A stretch of 64,000 nucleotides of DNA from Octopus vulgaris (taxonomy: Eukaryota): the NCBI GenBank assembly GCA_951406725.2, contig OX597819.1, positions 21,452,001 through 21,516,000 on the forward strand, written 5' to 3'. A model generated the notes under the pieces. That model was given only the letters and a program-made list of their open reading frames with translations. It was not told where the DNA came from and made no database searches. The translations under genes were made by a program, and so were the position numbers. Positions within the stretch are counted from its first letter, which is position 1. Each line of letters opens with the position of its first letter. Below, piece by piece: positions 42,672 through 55,888 of this stretch.

Positions 42672-43048
42672 GTGGCGCTATGACCCAGTGGTGAAGGCAG
42701 TGGACTCTCGGTCATAGGATCGCTGTTTCGATTCCCAGATTGGGCGTTGTGAGAGTTTATTGAGCGAAAACACCTAAAACTCCACGAGGCTCTGGCAGGG
42801 GGTTGTGACGAACCCTGCCGTACTCTTCCAACATAACTTTCTCTCACACTTTCTTCCTGTTTCTGTTGTACCTGCATTTCAAAAGGATCAACCTTGTCAC
42901 ACTCTGTATCACTTTGAATCTCCCCCGAGAACTACGTTAAGGGTACACGTGTCTGTGGAGTACTCAGCCACTTGCACGTTAATTTCATGAGTAGACTGTC
43001 CCGGTGATCGGATTAACTGAAACTCTCGTCGTCGTAACCGACGGAGTT
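42672..43048 (+). mobile_element. OR-like SINE, near full-length, diverged
   Basis: Colinear with 28430-28812. Confidence 0.9.
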
Positions 43049-43060
43049 CCTATATATATA

Positions 43061-43103
<43 letters not shown>

Positions 43104-45579
43104 ACCACACATTTACATGCACACAGAAAGATAAACACACATACAAAACATGTTTATGTAATATTTCAATCTCTTCTATACCATTCGCAAATTTTTGTCT
43201 ATCTGGATGCTAGAAGACACTTGGCCAATGTTTCTCGTTGTTCGGGTCATATCTGGACCCATGGATTTTAAAGCGTAGACGTTTTCCCATACTTTTACGT
43301 ATGCCGATATTTGCACATTTATTTATCATCTTCTTAGAGAAGAGTTTACATGGAGTTTTCACTCGCTTATATACCGTCATGTCAATACCAGTAATAGACC
43401 TCGTCATGCAAAGTAAGCTCCAAACTAACACCCATTGTTTAAAGCCAAATCATATACTCTCTATATTTTCGTATTAATTCAATCATCCTCCAGCCTCATT
43501 TTTCCCTCTCTCCCGCTGAATCCTACTCTATTTTCTTCCTTTTCTTCGACAATAAGCGCTTTTTTTTCTTCTTGTCCTTACATCCATCACTTCATCGCTC
43601 GAATATTCTTCAGATAGTAAACCTTCAGACGTCGCTTCCACTACCGTAACCACCACCTTATTAAAACTCGCAGCACATCACTATTTTCCCGTTAGTCACA
43701 TGTCTTTTTTAATTCTTTCCTTACACTACGTTTCTTTAATCTTATCCCATCATCATCATCATCATAGCTTTTTATTTCGTTTTCTCATTCATCTCCATCG
43801 AACAACCCTTATAACTCACATTCTCATTTCCCCCTCTCACAACTTCTCCCCTTCTTCTCTTTTGCTGCTACTTCTTCCAACAGTCATTGATCCATTGGAA
43901 GTTCAAACCATCCGCAGGTTATCAGCGCAAGATTTTCCAGCTACAAACACGAAATGAAAGCGGAAGTAATGGGGTAGATTGGGGTGGCTGGTGTTGATCG
44001 TGGTTAATATTTAGAGAAATACTTTTATATTTTAGATCTCGTTGGTTATTAATATTTCTTTGGTAGATAAGGGCGAGGTGCGGTGGGACAGGAGGTAAAT
44101 CATCGATAACAGAAATACGAAACGGAATATGTGACGAGGTTTCAGTCCCGCCTCGAAACAATCCCTTTACGCTTCAGCTTAATATTTTCTTGGTAAAGGC
44201 ATGAACGCGATATTTTCTAAGTGCTTTCATAAAATCCTACGCGAAATGGACGTGTGAGAATCGATGTACTCTTTAGTTTTGCTATAAATATCAAAACAAA
44301 TTACTCCTAAACCAGAAACGAGTCGTCTTACAGAAGAATCAATTAGATAATATTGCCTGGGGTTCCATTAAATTGGACAAATGACGGTATGGTCATAGGT
44401 GAAGAGCTTTGATCATAATCTGTGTGCTGCCGAAAAACTGACATGGGAATAAACAACACCAGATCGCTACACAACCACTATGACCACCACAAAAGCCATA
44501 ACCGGAAAACGAGCGGACCTTTGTGCAGAGTTTTTGGAAAAAAGAACTCTGAAATGTCATTGGTGATAATCTCTCCCACTAATTAAACGGGAAAATGGTG
44601 GCAGAAAAATCTCCATTAAAGATGATACAGTAATTATTTAGTGACTTCCACACTGTGAGTTCAAATTTTACTGAGCCTACTGTATCAATATCAGAACCGT
44701 AATATTGAGCAAAATAGGGACAAATCTTCATAAATTCCTGTCCAAGCACATTATGAAAGGAAACTAACCTTCGAGGATATGTATCTTTGATCAAGGCTCA
44801 CTCGGAGGTTTAAAAATATTGATGAAAGCATGATGACTAAAGATCAAGAGCATGTGTAACACGCAAATATTACAGGTACCATTGACTAAATTTTCAATAT
44901 CACATCCTCCACATAATTGCTCTCGTCTATCGTCAAGGGAAAATTTTACATTCCTCTTTTTAGTTTTAATCATGCTTTTGTTGTTTTCATATAGGCCAAG
45001 TTCAGCCTACGAGCGAGATCTAAGCTCAAATCTCTCAAGTCCTGACCGTTTTTTCCTTTATAAAGGTAAATAACCAATGTGTTCATCTCTTTGCACAGAA
45101 CGTAAGATATGATTTGATGAACTCTGTTGCTAAAAAAACAATTTGTAGCGATTTCATAGAATGCAAGACTGAATGAACCTCAACTTTCGGTATAGAGTTT
45201 CTCTCCATTCAGAACACACATCGCATTTAGGTCAATTATACATACACCTGCAATGACTTGGAAGCTTTTATCACCTGAATTATTTCAAAACAATCAATAT
45301 TGCCCATATCACGAACGAATGTCCTAGACTACAAATTATGGCGACACGACCAGATCGCAAAAGTGCTGCATTGGAAACTGTGGGGGCTAGAGAGAAGCAA
45401 GATGTGGTAGGGGACAAGCACAGAGAATGTCAGAGACGGTGGCTTTCAATATCCTCTGGCATTTCCCAATGTGAACTGATCAGGTGCTATAGCATGACAG
45501 ATGGGACCTAATGCTGGTGTACAAGGTGCACCACATATAGATGGATACGTGGGTGGACGTATGGATGGAGTGTTGGATG

Positions 45580-45900
45580 GATGGTGAACAAAAGTGTAGA
45601 GTAGGGTGAATGCTTTTGAGAAGGCCAGGATGACAAATACAAGATTCGAGAGAGATCTAAAAAAGAATGTTGCGATCGAGAAAGTGAATCTCAGTGACCT
45701 TTTTGTGTGCACAGTTTGTGACTGGTCATGCCTTCAAGGACTCAAATCTCATTTGCGATCCCATGAAAAATGAACCTCCTCCAACAACTTTGCCTGTACA
45801 TCTGTGCACACCTTTCGATGCCGTGTATGCCATAAGGTCTGCAAGTCTAAAGGAGGCCTCAAAAGACATTTTAAGATCTACAAACATTCATGTTTTATCT
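45580..45900 (+). mobile_element. RTE-like LINE ORF2 C-terminus with two C2H2-like zinc fingers
   Basis: One frame: RVNAFEKARMTNTRFERDLKK...FVCTVCDWSCLQGLKSHLRSHEK*...FRCRVCHKVCKSKGGLKRHFKIYKH. Confidence 0.7.
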
Positions 45901-45925
45901 TGAAGCTCAGTCTGTCTACTACTTA

Positions 45926-46180
45926 CTATTTATGTGTCTTCTGCAATCTAAGAGTCCTGTCTTTTCTACACATTGATAATGACTTAACGTGTTTGTTATT
46001 AAGCAATCCTCCATTTTCTAATTGAGCATCTTGGTAAAACACTAACGGGAACTTCTCCTTGAGCTCTCTGCAGTGTTCATTTATACGCTCACCTATGCTA
46101 CGTGCTGTCTCCCTCATTACTATAGGACTTTATTTTGGCTTCCTTATTCAGTATCGCATCTTTTCTAACATTCGATATGA
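45926..46180 (-). mobile_element. GIY-YIG endonuclease fragment (Penelope-like)
   Basis: RETARSIGERINEH corresponds to the PLE (YIG)ET.R....R..EH motif. Confidence 0.6.
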
Positions 46181-47519
46181 CGGGATTTTTTTTTGTTGTA
46201 TAAAATTCTTATTATGAATTGAATTTGTCTTTGTCGAAACCTTATATTTCCTATATAATCACTTCCAGTCTCTACTCTCTAGTTTTATATTTTATATATA
46301 CATACTTTGGTAATTTTGTCAGATTTCCTTATTATTAATGAAGGTGGCGAACTGGCAAAAACTGTTATTACCTCCGGAACTGTATGTTCAGTGTTCGAAT
46401 GCAGCCGAGGTCAAATATATCATGACTTCATCAATAAAATACCCATCAAAGACGCGTTCTCACCCTCTAGCATGAAAATTGTTGGCCTTTTACCTAAATC
46501 AGAAGCGTTAATTATTTTTGCTATTGTTTTGTTTTGTTTGTTTCTTGTTTTAACATCGATAAAACTGCTCTGTCTAGCTCTGCACGATACATCATGGAGT
46601 ATTACAAAGTGAAACTATGTGAAAAATAATTCTATACCGCAAAACTTATAAATAGTGAAGTAGGAATGAGACTATTTGCATCCATTCTCCCTGGTTCGGT
46701 TGAAAGAAAGAAATATATCAATTTGCGAGGCTTTTTTTGTTTCTGCTACTTGTATACAAATAAAACGACTGCAGAGTTTTAAGACGCCTCCTCAAAAATT
46801 TCGAGTGAAAACAAAACACTTTTTTGCAGACAGTAGACTGAAGAAAATATGAATTCTGATGCAGGATATATTTATTTCACAACATGAAAAAAATAACGAA
46901 TTTCTGACTGAAAATGTCGCAAAAGATGACGTGTAGAACGGCGGCAATTAGAAACATATGCATACTTCTTTTGTCAACCAATGGAATCATAGAGTGTCAA
47001 CTAAGGAATAGCAAATGCGTTTTCTTCTTTTACAAAGAGACGATTCCAAGACAAGAACTATCTGGTGGAGATTAGTATGCTTGACAGAGGTGTGTGACAA
47101 GTATTTGCGCATCCTCACTTGGTTTCTTATAACAGGATGAAGAAAAACGAAAATAACTAATCACTGCATCATTAAACATCCAGGAACTTTTTTCATACCC
47201 TCAAAGAGCCATAACTATGAGTTCCAGTTTGCCTTACATTCTTTCTGTGACTGACTATGAGCTCTCTTTCAGTCTTTTGGTGATACAAGAAGTGACGGTA
47301 GATCTGGCAGAATTATTAAAGCCATGAAAAAGTTGTCATGTATTAATCGTTCCGGTTCTAAGTCCTAAGTTTACATCATTTCGAGATAACTTTGAATTTC
47401 GCCCTTCCGTGATTGATAAAACAACATAAAAATTCCTGTTAAGTATTACGATTTATATAATCGACTATATCCTCCCTAACACTTCTGGCCTTCTACATAA
47501 ACTGGTCGTCTACACAGGA

Positions 47520-48170
47520 CTCATATTTGTGATTTGTACATTCGATTTAGATAGGACCGCAAGAGAGGGACCTCTTTTTTACTAGAACATGAATGCGTTG
47601 TTCCAGAACGCAAAATCTACAGGGACCAGATCAGCAAGTTAATCAAGTGGCAGTTCAAAGTGACAATCGTCAACATCAGGTGCTTAAGGCTGTGAAGAGG
47701 GTAATTAAATATGAGTCGATAGCATTAAATAAAGAATGGGTAAAATATAAATAAAATAGTATAGAGAGCTAATTACCAAGTTAAAAGAGCCGAATAGCAA
47801 ATTCATCCTAACTGGCATGGTTAGTGGTAAGAATGGCTCTGAATAATTTCTTGCGAGTGAAAGACATTTGTTGCGTTGTCGGAACGAGGATTCGTATGCT
47901 AAAACAATAGAGAATGAAATTTGTTTCAGTGTTGGGGGAATGACGTGGCAACAGAACCGAAATCTGGGTTTTGCTGGACAAGGACGTACTCGTTCTGTTC
48001 AGTTCCAAGATGTGTTCGGTGTTTCAGCAGCATTTTCCTTGACTGTTACTAGCGAGGGATTGGTCGGAGATGATTATGGTCTTCAGTGTGATGGATAATT
48101 AGCAGCAACTGAAATACGAAAGATAGTAAGGATTTGCACAAGAGACAAATCGCCTGGTTTCGATGGTCTA
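47520..48170 (+). mobile_element. LINE (Tx1/L1-like) internal fragment
   Basis: EIRKIVRICTRDKSPGFDGL ending at 48170 is the KSPGxDG motif preceding non-LTR RT domains; the 5' boundary is approximate. Confidence 0.6.
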
Positions 48171-49812
48171 CATTTTATAGAGCAATTTTTATCAATTTAT
48201 CTGAACAATAACGGGCTTTAACCGTCTGGAATTATTTTGCTCTTGTAGTTAGTATTTATTTGATATGTGTTTTTAATGAGACTAGAAAACTCTCGAAATC
48301 TGAAATTAGTTTCGAGAAAAATGCTCTGAAAATGTTTGACAAGATAACACTAATGGTTTAACTCATATCTTCATATTGAAAACCTGTGAAAGTGTATTTT
48401 TATGACCTTTTTCTTTTTTTAGGTTATACGTTTTTGGTTAAATATATACGATATTCAGTTGGGATAGTTTCGGTTCTTCAATTAAGTCGAAATGGCAAAA
48501 GAAGTATTTTGAATGTTGACCAACAAATACTTGGGACTTAAAACCGAGTTTTTGTGTCGAGGATTTTCAAGAAAATCATGAAAGAAACAAAATAATTTCA
48601 AACCGATTTTGGCTGACATTCTCGTAGGAAATATATTTTAAAACATACAAAAATCAGAAGTAATAAAAATAATTAAATTTTGAAAAAAAGAAAAATTAAG
48701 TAACAACAAAAAAACATCCAAGTTTTTATCTCCTTTGCATCTCGTTCGTTATTTTTATTTTTTTTTTTTTTGGTAAGAAAAAAATTTTGATTTTTAAAGT
48801 CACTTCAACCCCGATGAAACATTTTTATTTGTAGGACTCAGCCCCAACACCGCACAGAAAAAAACTGTCTTGATTCGACAACGAGGCAAGATGTGGTGGG
48901 AGAGAAAGAGGGAGAGAGATATACAGAGAGAACAGGCTTAATGTGGATGGTGGTGATGATGATGATAACAGCGGTGATGCCGATGATATTGATGATGATG
49001 ATGATGACGACAACGATGACGACGATGATGAGTGTTATTGTGATGTTGATAAAGAAAGTCGAGACTAAATCTCAGTGAATGCTTTTAAAAAGAAACATTA
49101 AATGGAAGACTAAAAAAAATTTGCCAACAGATGGGCAGCCATTTTATTTCCTTCTCTCTCATTCTTTCTCTCTCTTTCTCTCTATCTTTATCTTTTTTGT
49201 TTTCTTTTAAATCCATTTTAATGATTTATTTAATTATTTGCTTTATCTCTTTTCCCCCCCACCTCTAACCCTCCTCCTCTTTCACCCTGTCTCTCTCAAT
49301 CCCCATCCTCATTCTGTCCCTCTCTCCTACCTTCTCTTATATCTGTCTAAACATTACCATTATTATTATTATTATCGATCGGATTCTTATTATTATTGTT
49401 ATCACTTTAATACATTGTGGACAATTTACGACGGGATTGAACGGGGTTTTCTTTTTGTTTTTTTTTAATTCATGCTCGGTTTTCTTTTGTTTTCTTTTTT
49501 TCTTTTTACGACTTCGTTTTTTTTTCTTTTTTTAACTCAGATATCCGTTTTATCGCTTCCGTTTATGTTTCCTTGATCTTATCGTAAGTCACCAATTATT
49601 ATCATGAATGCATTATTATTATTTTCATTACCATCATCATCATTATCATCGTCATCAATACTGCTACTACTACTACTACTACCACCACCACTGCTTCTAC
49701 TATTACTACTACTACTTTTACTACTAATGATATTAGTGGCAATAATAATGATAATAGCGTCGGTGATGGCAGTCGTTATCGTGGGATTAGTATTAGCAGC
49801 AGCAGCTGTAGC

Positions 49813-49852
<40 letters not shown>

Positions 49853-49904
49853 TTGTTATTACGGACATTGCGATAGGTGGAACGTCCATTTTAGCATATT
49901 ATAT

Positions 49905-50740
49905 ATGATTAGTGGAGGAAACGTACGACGACGTTCTTGGAGAGACTTTGGGCGTCGAAGAAGATCAGCTCGTCGCTCTTATCCGGAGAACTTTCAGCCT
50001 CGGACCGATATATAATTTCCCAAAATCTCTGGCCTGGCAGTGCTACCGAGGAACTTTGCTTGTTTACAGGCACAGAAGTGCCGTCAGTTGAGCATGTCTG
50101 GGATGCACGCAGAACGACGAGACGGTCCTGCATGAACTCGTCCAGTACCCGAGGGTTGCAGACCTCTGGCTTTATGTCGAACCCTTGCAGTCACGTGTGG
50201 GACAGATCTGGTTGTAAAATGGATCCATCGTGAAGATCGTCCTGTGGCCTTCCTTCAACCGAGAAGGAAAGGCTGTGCTATATGCCAGGTGGCCATGCCG
50301 AAAGAGGTTGTATGGTGGACGAGATTGAAGGGGCTGAAAGCAAACAGTTTTCTCTTTGGCCAATCTCTGATCAACTTATTCAAGTTTCGCTTGAAAAGGA
50401 AAATAAGGGTCGAGAGGGAAATGTTGTCTTCTAACCAATTTGCTGAAATGTGCATGAAAATGGCGAGAATGGTGCATGTGAGCGAGCCTGCCCTCCGCAT
50501 ACGCCTGTAGTTGGAAGAATGTAAAGAAAAAATAGGACCTGATTCATTACACAGGGTACCTATGGTTTTTTTATGAGCAGCCCTCGAACATCTCCGTATT
50601 GAGTATCACACATTGTTGATTTATTTAATCATCACGCACTCACATTCTTTGTTTTGTCCTGTATTGTCCATAATGTTTGTTCTGAATGTACACTCTTGTG
50701 GTTAATAAAGAAAGCATTACCATCATCATTATTATTATTA
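49905..50740 (+). mobile_element. Tx1/L1-like LINE 3' end (zinc-knuckle region, 3'UTR, simple-repeat tail)
   Basis: SLAWQCYRG...CLGCTQNDETVLHELVQYPRVADLW (zf-RVT-like CxxC...ETxxH); then KEVVWWTR; AATAAA at ~50704 followed by (CAT)/(ATT)n. Confidence 0.8.
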
Positions 50741-51324
50741 ATTGTTTATCCAGCTTTCGCTTATTGTGATTCTTTCAGCGTCTATAGTGAAACCTTCCCG
50801 CACGTTTCTTTATGATAATTGTCTCAGAAGTCAATCAAGAATCAGGTGACACTCAAAACAGAATATTTATTTTATTAAACAAATTGCAAACCTATCCGAC
50901 GTTAACTGACGAGTAATTCTGATTATTCTTATGAAAATTGTTTTAAAAAGACAAAATCGATGGATTCAAACAGGCCTGAAGTAACTCTGCACCTGTAGGT
51001 CATCGACATAAATTTGTTGTGTCAGGCAACCGAGGTTTGTAAGTAGGTTGCTCAGAATTATTTCTGATAGTCTTGCACAGTTATTGCTATTTGCTTAATG
51101 TGTTGAGATGCAAAGAAAACTTTGAAAATGCTTTTCACACGTTTTTTATTGACCGACATGTTTAATTCATATATGTGTGTAAAATAAATTTTTCTCGAAA
51201 GCAACTTCTGTTTGTCTCCTTCATTGCAGAAACATAATAGATTCCAAACAGAATCAGCGTGCCATCACTGTGCCCTTCACGAGGGGAGGATTGCCCGTTG
51301 TCAGGCATCAACAGATTTAAGTAA

Positions 51325-51425
51325 TTTCGCTCAATAAACACACACGATGCCCGGTCTGGGAATCGAAACAGTGATCCTCCGACCGCGAGTCCGCTGCACT
51401 AACCACTGGGCAATTGCGCCTCCAC
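51325..51425 (-). mobile_element. OR-like SINE, tRNA head only
   Basis: Reverse complement of ggaggcgcaattgcccagtggttagtgcagcggactcgcggtc. Confidence 0.85.
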
Positions 51426-51454
51426 GCTGTGTATGTATATATATATATATATAT

Positions 51455-51600
<146 letters not shown>

Positions 51601-51642
51601 GAAAGAATGGAGTCGAACGACGATTTAACAAAATTCCTTTAT

Positions 51643-51723
51643 TTTCGACACATGTTTCGAAGACTGCATATTCTTAATTCTGAAGGAATAAAGGGTGCAT
51701 TATGCCGCCTTCTCATCAGGAAA
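51643..51723 (-). ncRNA. Type I hammerhead ribozyme (left-arm copy)
   Basis: Exact reverse complement of 52064-52144. Confidence 0.75.
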
Positions 51724-52063
51724 GACAAGGAACTTATGTCAGCATCATGACGAACAAAAACTTTTAGATGACTGCCCATACGGAGTCCAACCGTGCTTTC
51801 TGACGTAAATTTGCTACCCGGGGATCGGTTAACCGAATTATCCATACTAGGATAATTCATTCAATTACTTAAACATTTATATATATACAAATTTACGTCA
51901 GAAAGCACGGATGGACACTGTATGGGCAGTCATCTAAAAGTATGGATAATTTGGTTAACCGATCCCCGGGTAGCAAATTTACGTCAGAAAGCACGGTTGG
52001 ACTCCGTGTGGGCAGTCATCTAAAAGTTTTTGTTCGTCATGATGCTGACATAAGTTCTTTGTC

Positions 52064-52144
52064 TTTCCTGATGAGAAGGCGGCATAATGCACCCTTTATT
52101 CCTTCAGAATTAAGAATATGCAGTCTTCGAAACATGTGTCGAAA
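52064..52144 (+). ncRNA. Type I hammerhead ribozyme (right-arm copy)
   Basis: Stem I TTTC/GAAA; CTGATGA 52068-74; stem II GAAGGC-GCATA/TATGC-GTCTTC; GAAA 52129-32; short stem III AC-atgt-GT; GUC site, predicted cut after 52140. Confidence 0.8.
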
Positions 52145-52340
52145 ATAAAGGAATTTTGTTAAATCGTCGTTCGACTCCATTCTTTCATTTATCTATATAT
52201 ATATATATATATATATATATAACAATTAAGGATAACCTCCTACTAAGGAATCTTAACAAGAAATTATCAGGTAGATAGCGTGAAAAACCTCATAAGAGAA
52301 AAATTTCGAAAATAATTCTTTCTTATTGAACATATTAATT

Positions 52341-52711
52341 TATATATAGAGGGCATTATTATACATACATGCCACACGCTACGAGGGACATTTGTCATTT
52401 CTACCAAAAATTTTACTAATCCTACCCAATGCAATTTTTTCAAAGCAAGACATTTAAGAAAATGAATTTAGTCTTGTATCACCTGTGATTTCGTACTTAT
52501 GTTCAGAATCAGTCTTGCTGATGAGGACAGACGCAACTGCGGTTACGGTCGCAAATGCGGTAAGTACGAAATCACAGGTGATACAAGACTAAATTCATTT
52601 TCTTAAATGTCTTGCTTTGAAAAAATTGCATTGGGTAGGATTAGTAAAATTTTTGGTAGAAATGACAAATGTCCCTCGTAGCGTGTGGCATGTATGTATA
52701 ATAATGCCCTC

Positions 52712-52719
<8 letters not shown>
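52341..52719. mobile_element. Perfect inverted-repeat element (159-bp arms, 61-nt loop) with HHR; PLE pLTR-like
   Basis: Arms 52341-52499 and 52561-52719; no mismatch found by eye; ends run into TA tracts. Confidence 0.9.
52511..52590 (+). ncRNA. Type I hammerhead ribozyme
   Basis: Stem I AGTCTTG/CAAGACT (7 bp, perfect); CTGATGA 52518-24; stem II GGAC/GTAC (one mismatch); GAAA 52568-71; stem III ATCAC/GTGAT; AUA site, predicted cut after 52583. Confidence 0.8.
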
Positions 52720-52763
<44 letters not shown>

Positions 52764-52832
52764 GGACTAAGCACATATATGTGAAACAAGGTGGAAAGAA
52801 GAGTACTCAAATACCAGAGGTAGAGTAATATG

Positions 52833-52989
52833 CTTTATTTAAAAACAACAGAAATATAACAAAAGCTGTTACTCAGAGCTTCATGTTCCCGTTCGTCGGA
52901 CAATTTTGTTTAACAAAACTGTCTGACGAACGGGAACATGTAACTCTGAGTAACAGCTTTTGTTATATTTCTGCTGCTTTTAAATAAAG
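52833..52989. mobile_element. Near-loopless palindrome (157 bp) with a degenerate HHR in each arm
   Basis: Centre at 52911; 6 mismatches. Right arm: ctgt CTGACGA acg ggaa cat GTAA ctc t gag TA acag. Confidence 0.85.
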
Positions 52990-53022
<33 letters not shown>

Positions 53023-53025
53023 GTG

Positions 53026-53086
<61 letters not shown>

Positions 53087-53105
53087 CATATATATGTATG
53101 TATTT

Positions 53106-53139
<34 letters not shown>

Positions 53140-53966
53140 GTATGTATATATATGCATAAATGTATATATATATATGTATATAAAAATATACATATATATA
53201 AATGGCGGTGCCCCAGCATGGCCACAGCTCATAAGCTGAAACTAGAATCAATCAATCAATCATATATATATATATATATACACACACATACACGCACATT
53301 CATATAAATATACATCCACCGATGAACAATGAAAATACATATTCACAAATACAAATACAGTAAAATACATACCTATATTTCGCAAAAACCTGAGGGCAGC
53401 GCATGCGTGGAAGCATTCATAAGCATAAACTAACAGAAGGAGAATTCTCAGACTCAACCCTTACACACACAGACTACACCATTAAGTCCGTTCGAAACAC
53501 TGAGTCTCTATCGATTAGATAGTAATCTATTAGATAGTAATGCTTCTTATTGATTGGTCGTACATGGTTGTTTTAAAGCAAGTGATATTTCGATATTATG
53601 ATCAATCGCTAAAAGATGTTCTGTATTCACCATATACACACACATATATATATATATATATATACCCACCATATATATATATTGTAGATATTTTGAGTTC
53701 CGTAAACTATCTCCCATAAATATGCTACAGCTAACATTGACGGTACAAAACCAACGACTCGATGCATGAAATAGTACTAATATATACATGTGTTTGCATT
53801 GACCACACTACCATAACCTCGACATACTGCACTTAACAATAGAGTATCAATAAAGGGGAGCAGCCTCAATTAGATTCCTATGTACGCATGTATGTGTGTG
53901 TGTCTCTCCGTTTGGTTGTGTATGTATGTGTATATATGTATATATCTATATATATATCTATACGTA

Positions 53967-54272
53967 GAGGCGCAATGGCCTAGTGGTTAGGGCAGTGGAC
54001 TCGCGGTCGCAGGATCACGGTTTCGATTCCCAGACCGGGCGTTGTGAGTGTTTATTGAGCGAAAACAACTAAAAGCTCCACGAGGCTCCGACAGTGGGTG
54101 GTGATCCCTGCTGTACTCTTTCACCACTCTTTCTCCCATTCTTTCTTCTGTTGGCCTGCTCGCTTAGCCAGCGGGGTGGCGTCATTCGAAGGCTAAAACA
54201 ATGCGAACGCCTTGTGACCAGCGATGTGTAACAACATCTGATGGTCTGGTCGGTCACGTAATCACGTGATAT
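53967..54272 (+). mobile_element. tRNA-Arg-headed SINE with an alternative 3' half (second OR-like family)
   Basis: Head and 5' body match the 28430 copy up to ctctttcaccac; then a different tail ending ggtcacgtaatcacgtgat. Confidence 0.88.
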
Positions 54273-54690
54273 ATCTATACACACACACATATAAATATGT
54301 ATGTCTGTATATATAAAAGTGAGTTTGGAGGAATATTTTACCCAGGCGAATACCGTGATAGCTCACATTTTGGTTCCAGATGCCGGTTAACCACAACATT
54401 CAGTATCCAGTATCCGTATCTACAATAAGTCATTTGGTGGATTCTTCCATTGACTAATTCGTGTGTTCTACTCAGGACTGTAAAGGTTCCTTGGAGAGCT
54501 TAATAATATTAACAATAAAAAGGTGTATGGAGGCTTGTACATCCACAAATTTCATTTGATAATTATTTGCAGCAGATGGTGTAAATAACAATAAAACAAA
54601 TTTTGTTGATGTACAAGCCGCCATACTCCATAATATCGTTAATGCTTGTATGTATGTATGTATATATATAAACAAGGTGTACGTATGCAG

Positions 54691-54741
<51 letters not shown>

Positions 54742-55261
54742 CAAAATGGGACAAGAACGCAAAACATTCAAAAATACGATACAAAAAACACGGACGGCTC
54801 ATTCAAAGCCTCTAATCTTCAGTCAAGAACCGGATCATTCTCGCAATTTCGGCTGATTAACCTTGAGATTGCTCCAATCTGGCCAATCCCAGGGAAAAAC
54901 TAAGCTAGATATCTTGGGAAAAGGATCGAATGTATACGAAACAAGGACAGAAAAACGGACGATGTTACACGAATATAAATACAAAAAAAATAACACGAAT
55001 ATAAATACAAAAAAACAATAATAATAATAATAGGACATAATAACAGGCGTCTTTCAACCAGAGACGAATTGAACTCAACTAGCGTATTTGAAAAATAAGG
55101 CCGTACAGCAGACGAAGAAAGCGATGTAATCGCGACGGTGGTCCGAAGCGAAAGGCCTATAGTTGGCCAGCGGTCACGTGAGAAGAGAAGAGAGAGAAAA
55201 AGAGAGGCAAAGGAATTAAAGAGGGGGAGACAGAAAGTGAGAGACAAATAGGGAGATTTAG

Positions 55262-55317
55262 AGATAGACAGGTAGATAGATAGATAGATAGATAGATAGT
55301 TAGATAGTTGGTAGGTG

Positions 55318-55398
<81 letters not shown>

Positions 55399-55888
55399 GC
55401 AGGTAGATAGGCCGGTAGATAGGCAGGTAGGTAGATAGGCAGGTAGATAGGTAGTTAGATAGGCTGGTAGATAGGCAGGTAGATAGGTATGTAGATAGGC
55501 AGGTAGATAGGTAGTTAGATAGACTGGTAGATAGGCAGGTAGATAGGTATGTAGATAGGCAGGTTGATAGGCAGGTAGATAGGCAGGTAGTTAGGCCGGT
55601 AGTTAGGTCGATAGGTAGGTAGATAGGTCGATAGATAGGTAGGTAGGTAGGCAGGTAGATAGGCCGGTAGATAGGTCGATAGGTAGGTAGATAGGTCGAT
55701 AGATAGGTAGGTAGGTATGTAGGTAGGTAGGTAGGTAGGTAGGTAGGTAGGTAGGTAGGTAGGTAGGTAGGTAGGTAAGTAGGTAGGTGGATATATAGGT
55801 TGATAGGTAGGTAGATAGGTAGGTAGGTAGGTAGGTAGGTAGGTAGGTAGGTAGGTAGGTAGGTAGATAGACAGGCAGGCAGATAGAT
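55262..55888. repeat. Compound (GATA)/(GGCA)/(GGTA)n satellite with a 60-bp higher-order duplication
   Basis: 55441-55500 and 55501-55560 differ at one base. Confidence 0.95.

Noticed and set aside
45690-45890. Host C2H2 zinc-finger gene exon
   Set aside because: In-frame stop, no TGEKP linkers, and upstream residues resemble a LINE ORF2 terminus.
51729-52058. All three arm mismatches are G-U on the + strand, a possible ADAR A-to-G imprint
   Set aside because: Only three sites. One (51952) is explained by CpG deamination, and only one (52008) is polarised as A-to-G by the spacer copy.
51639-52148. Duplicated small ORFs (MDN.VNRSPGSKFTSES...) on opposite strands
   Set aside because: A consequence of the inverted repeat; no recognisable protein motif.
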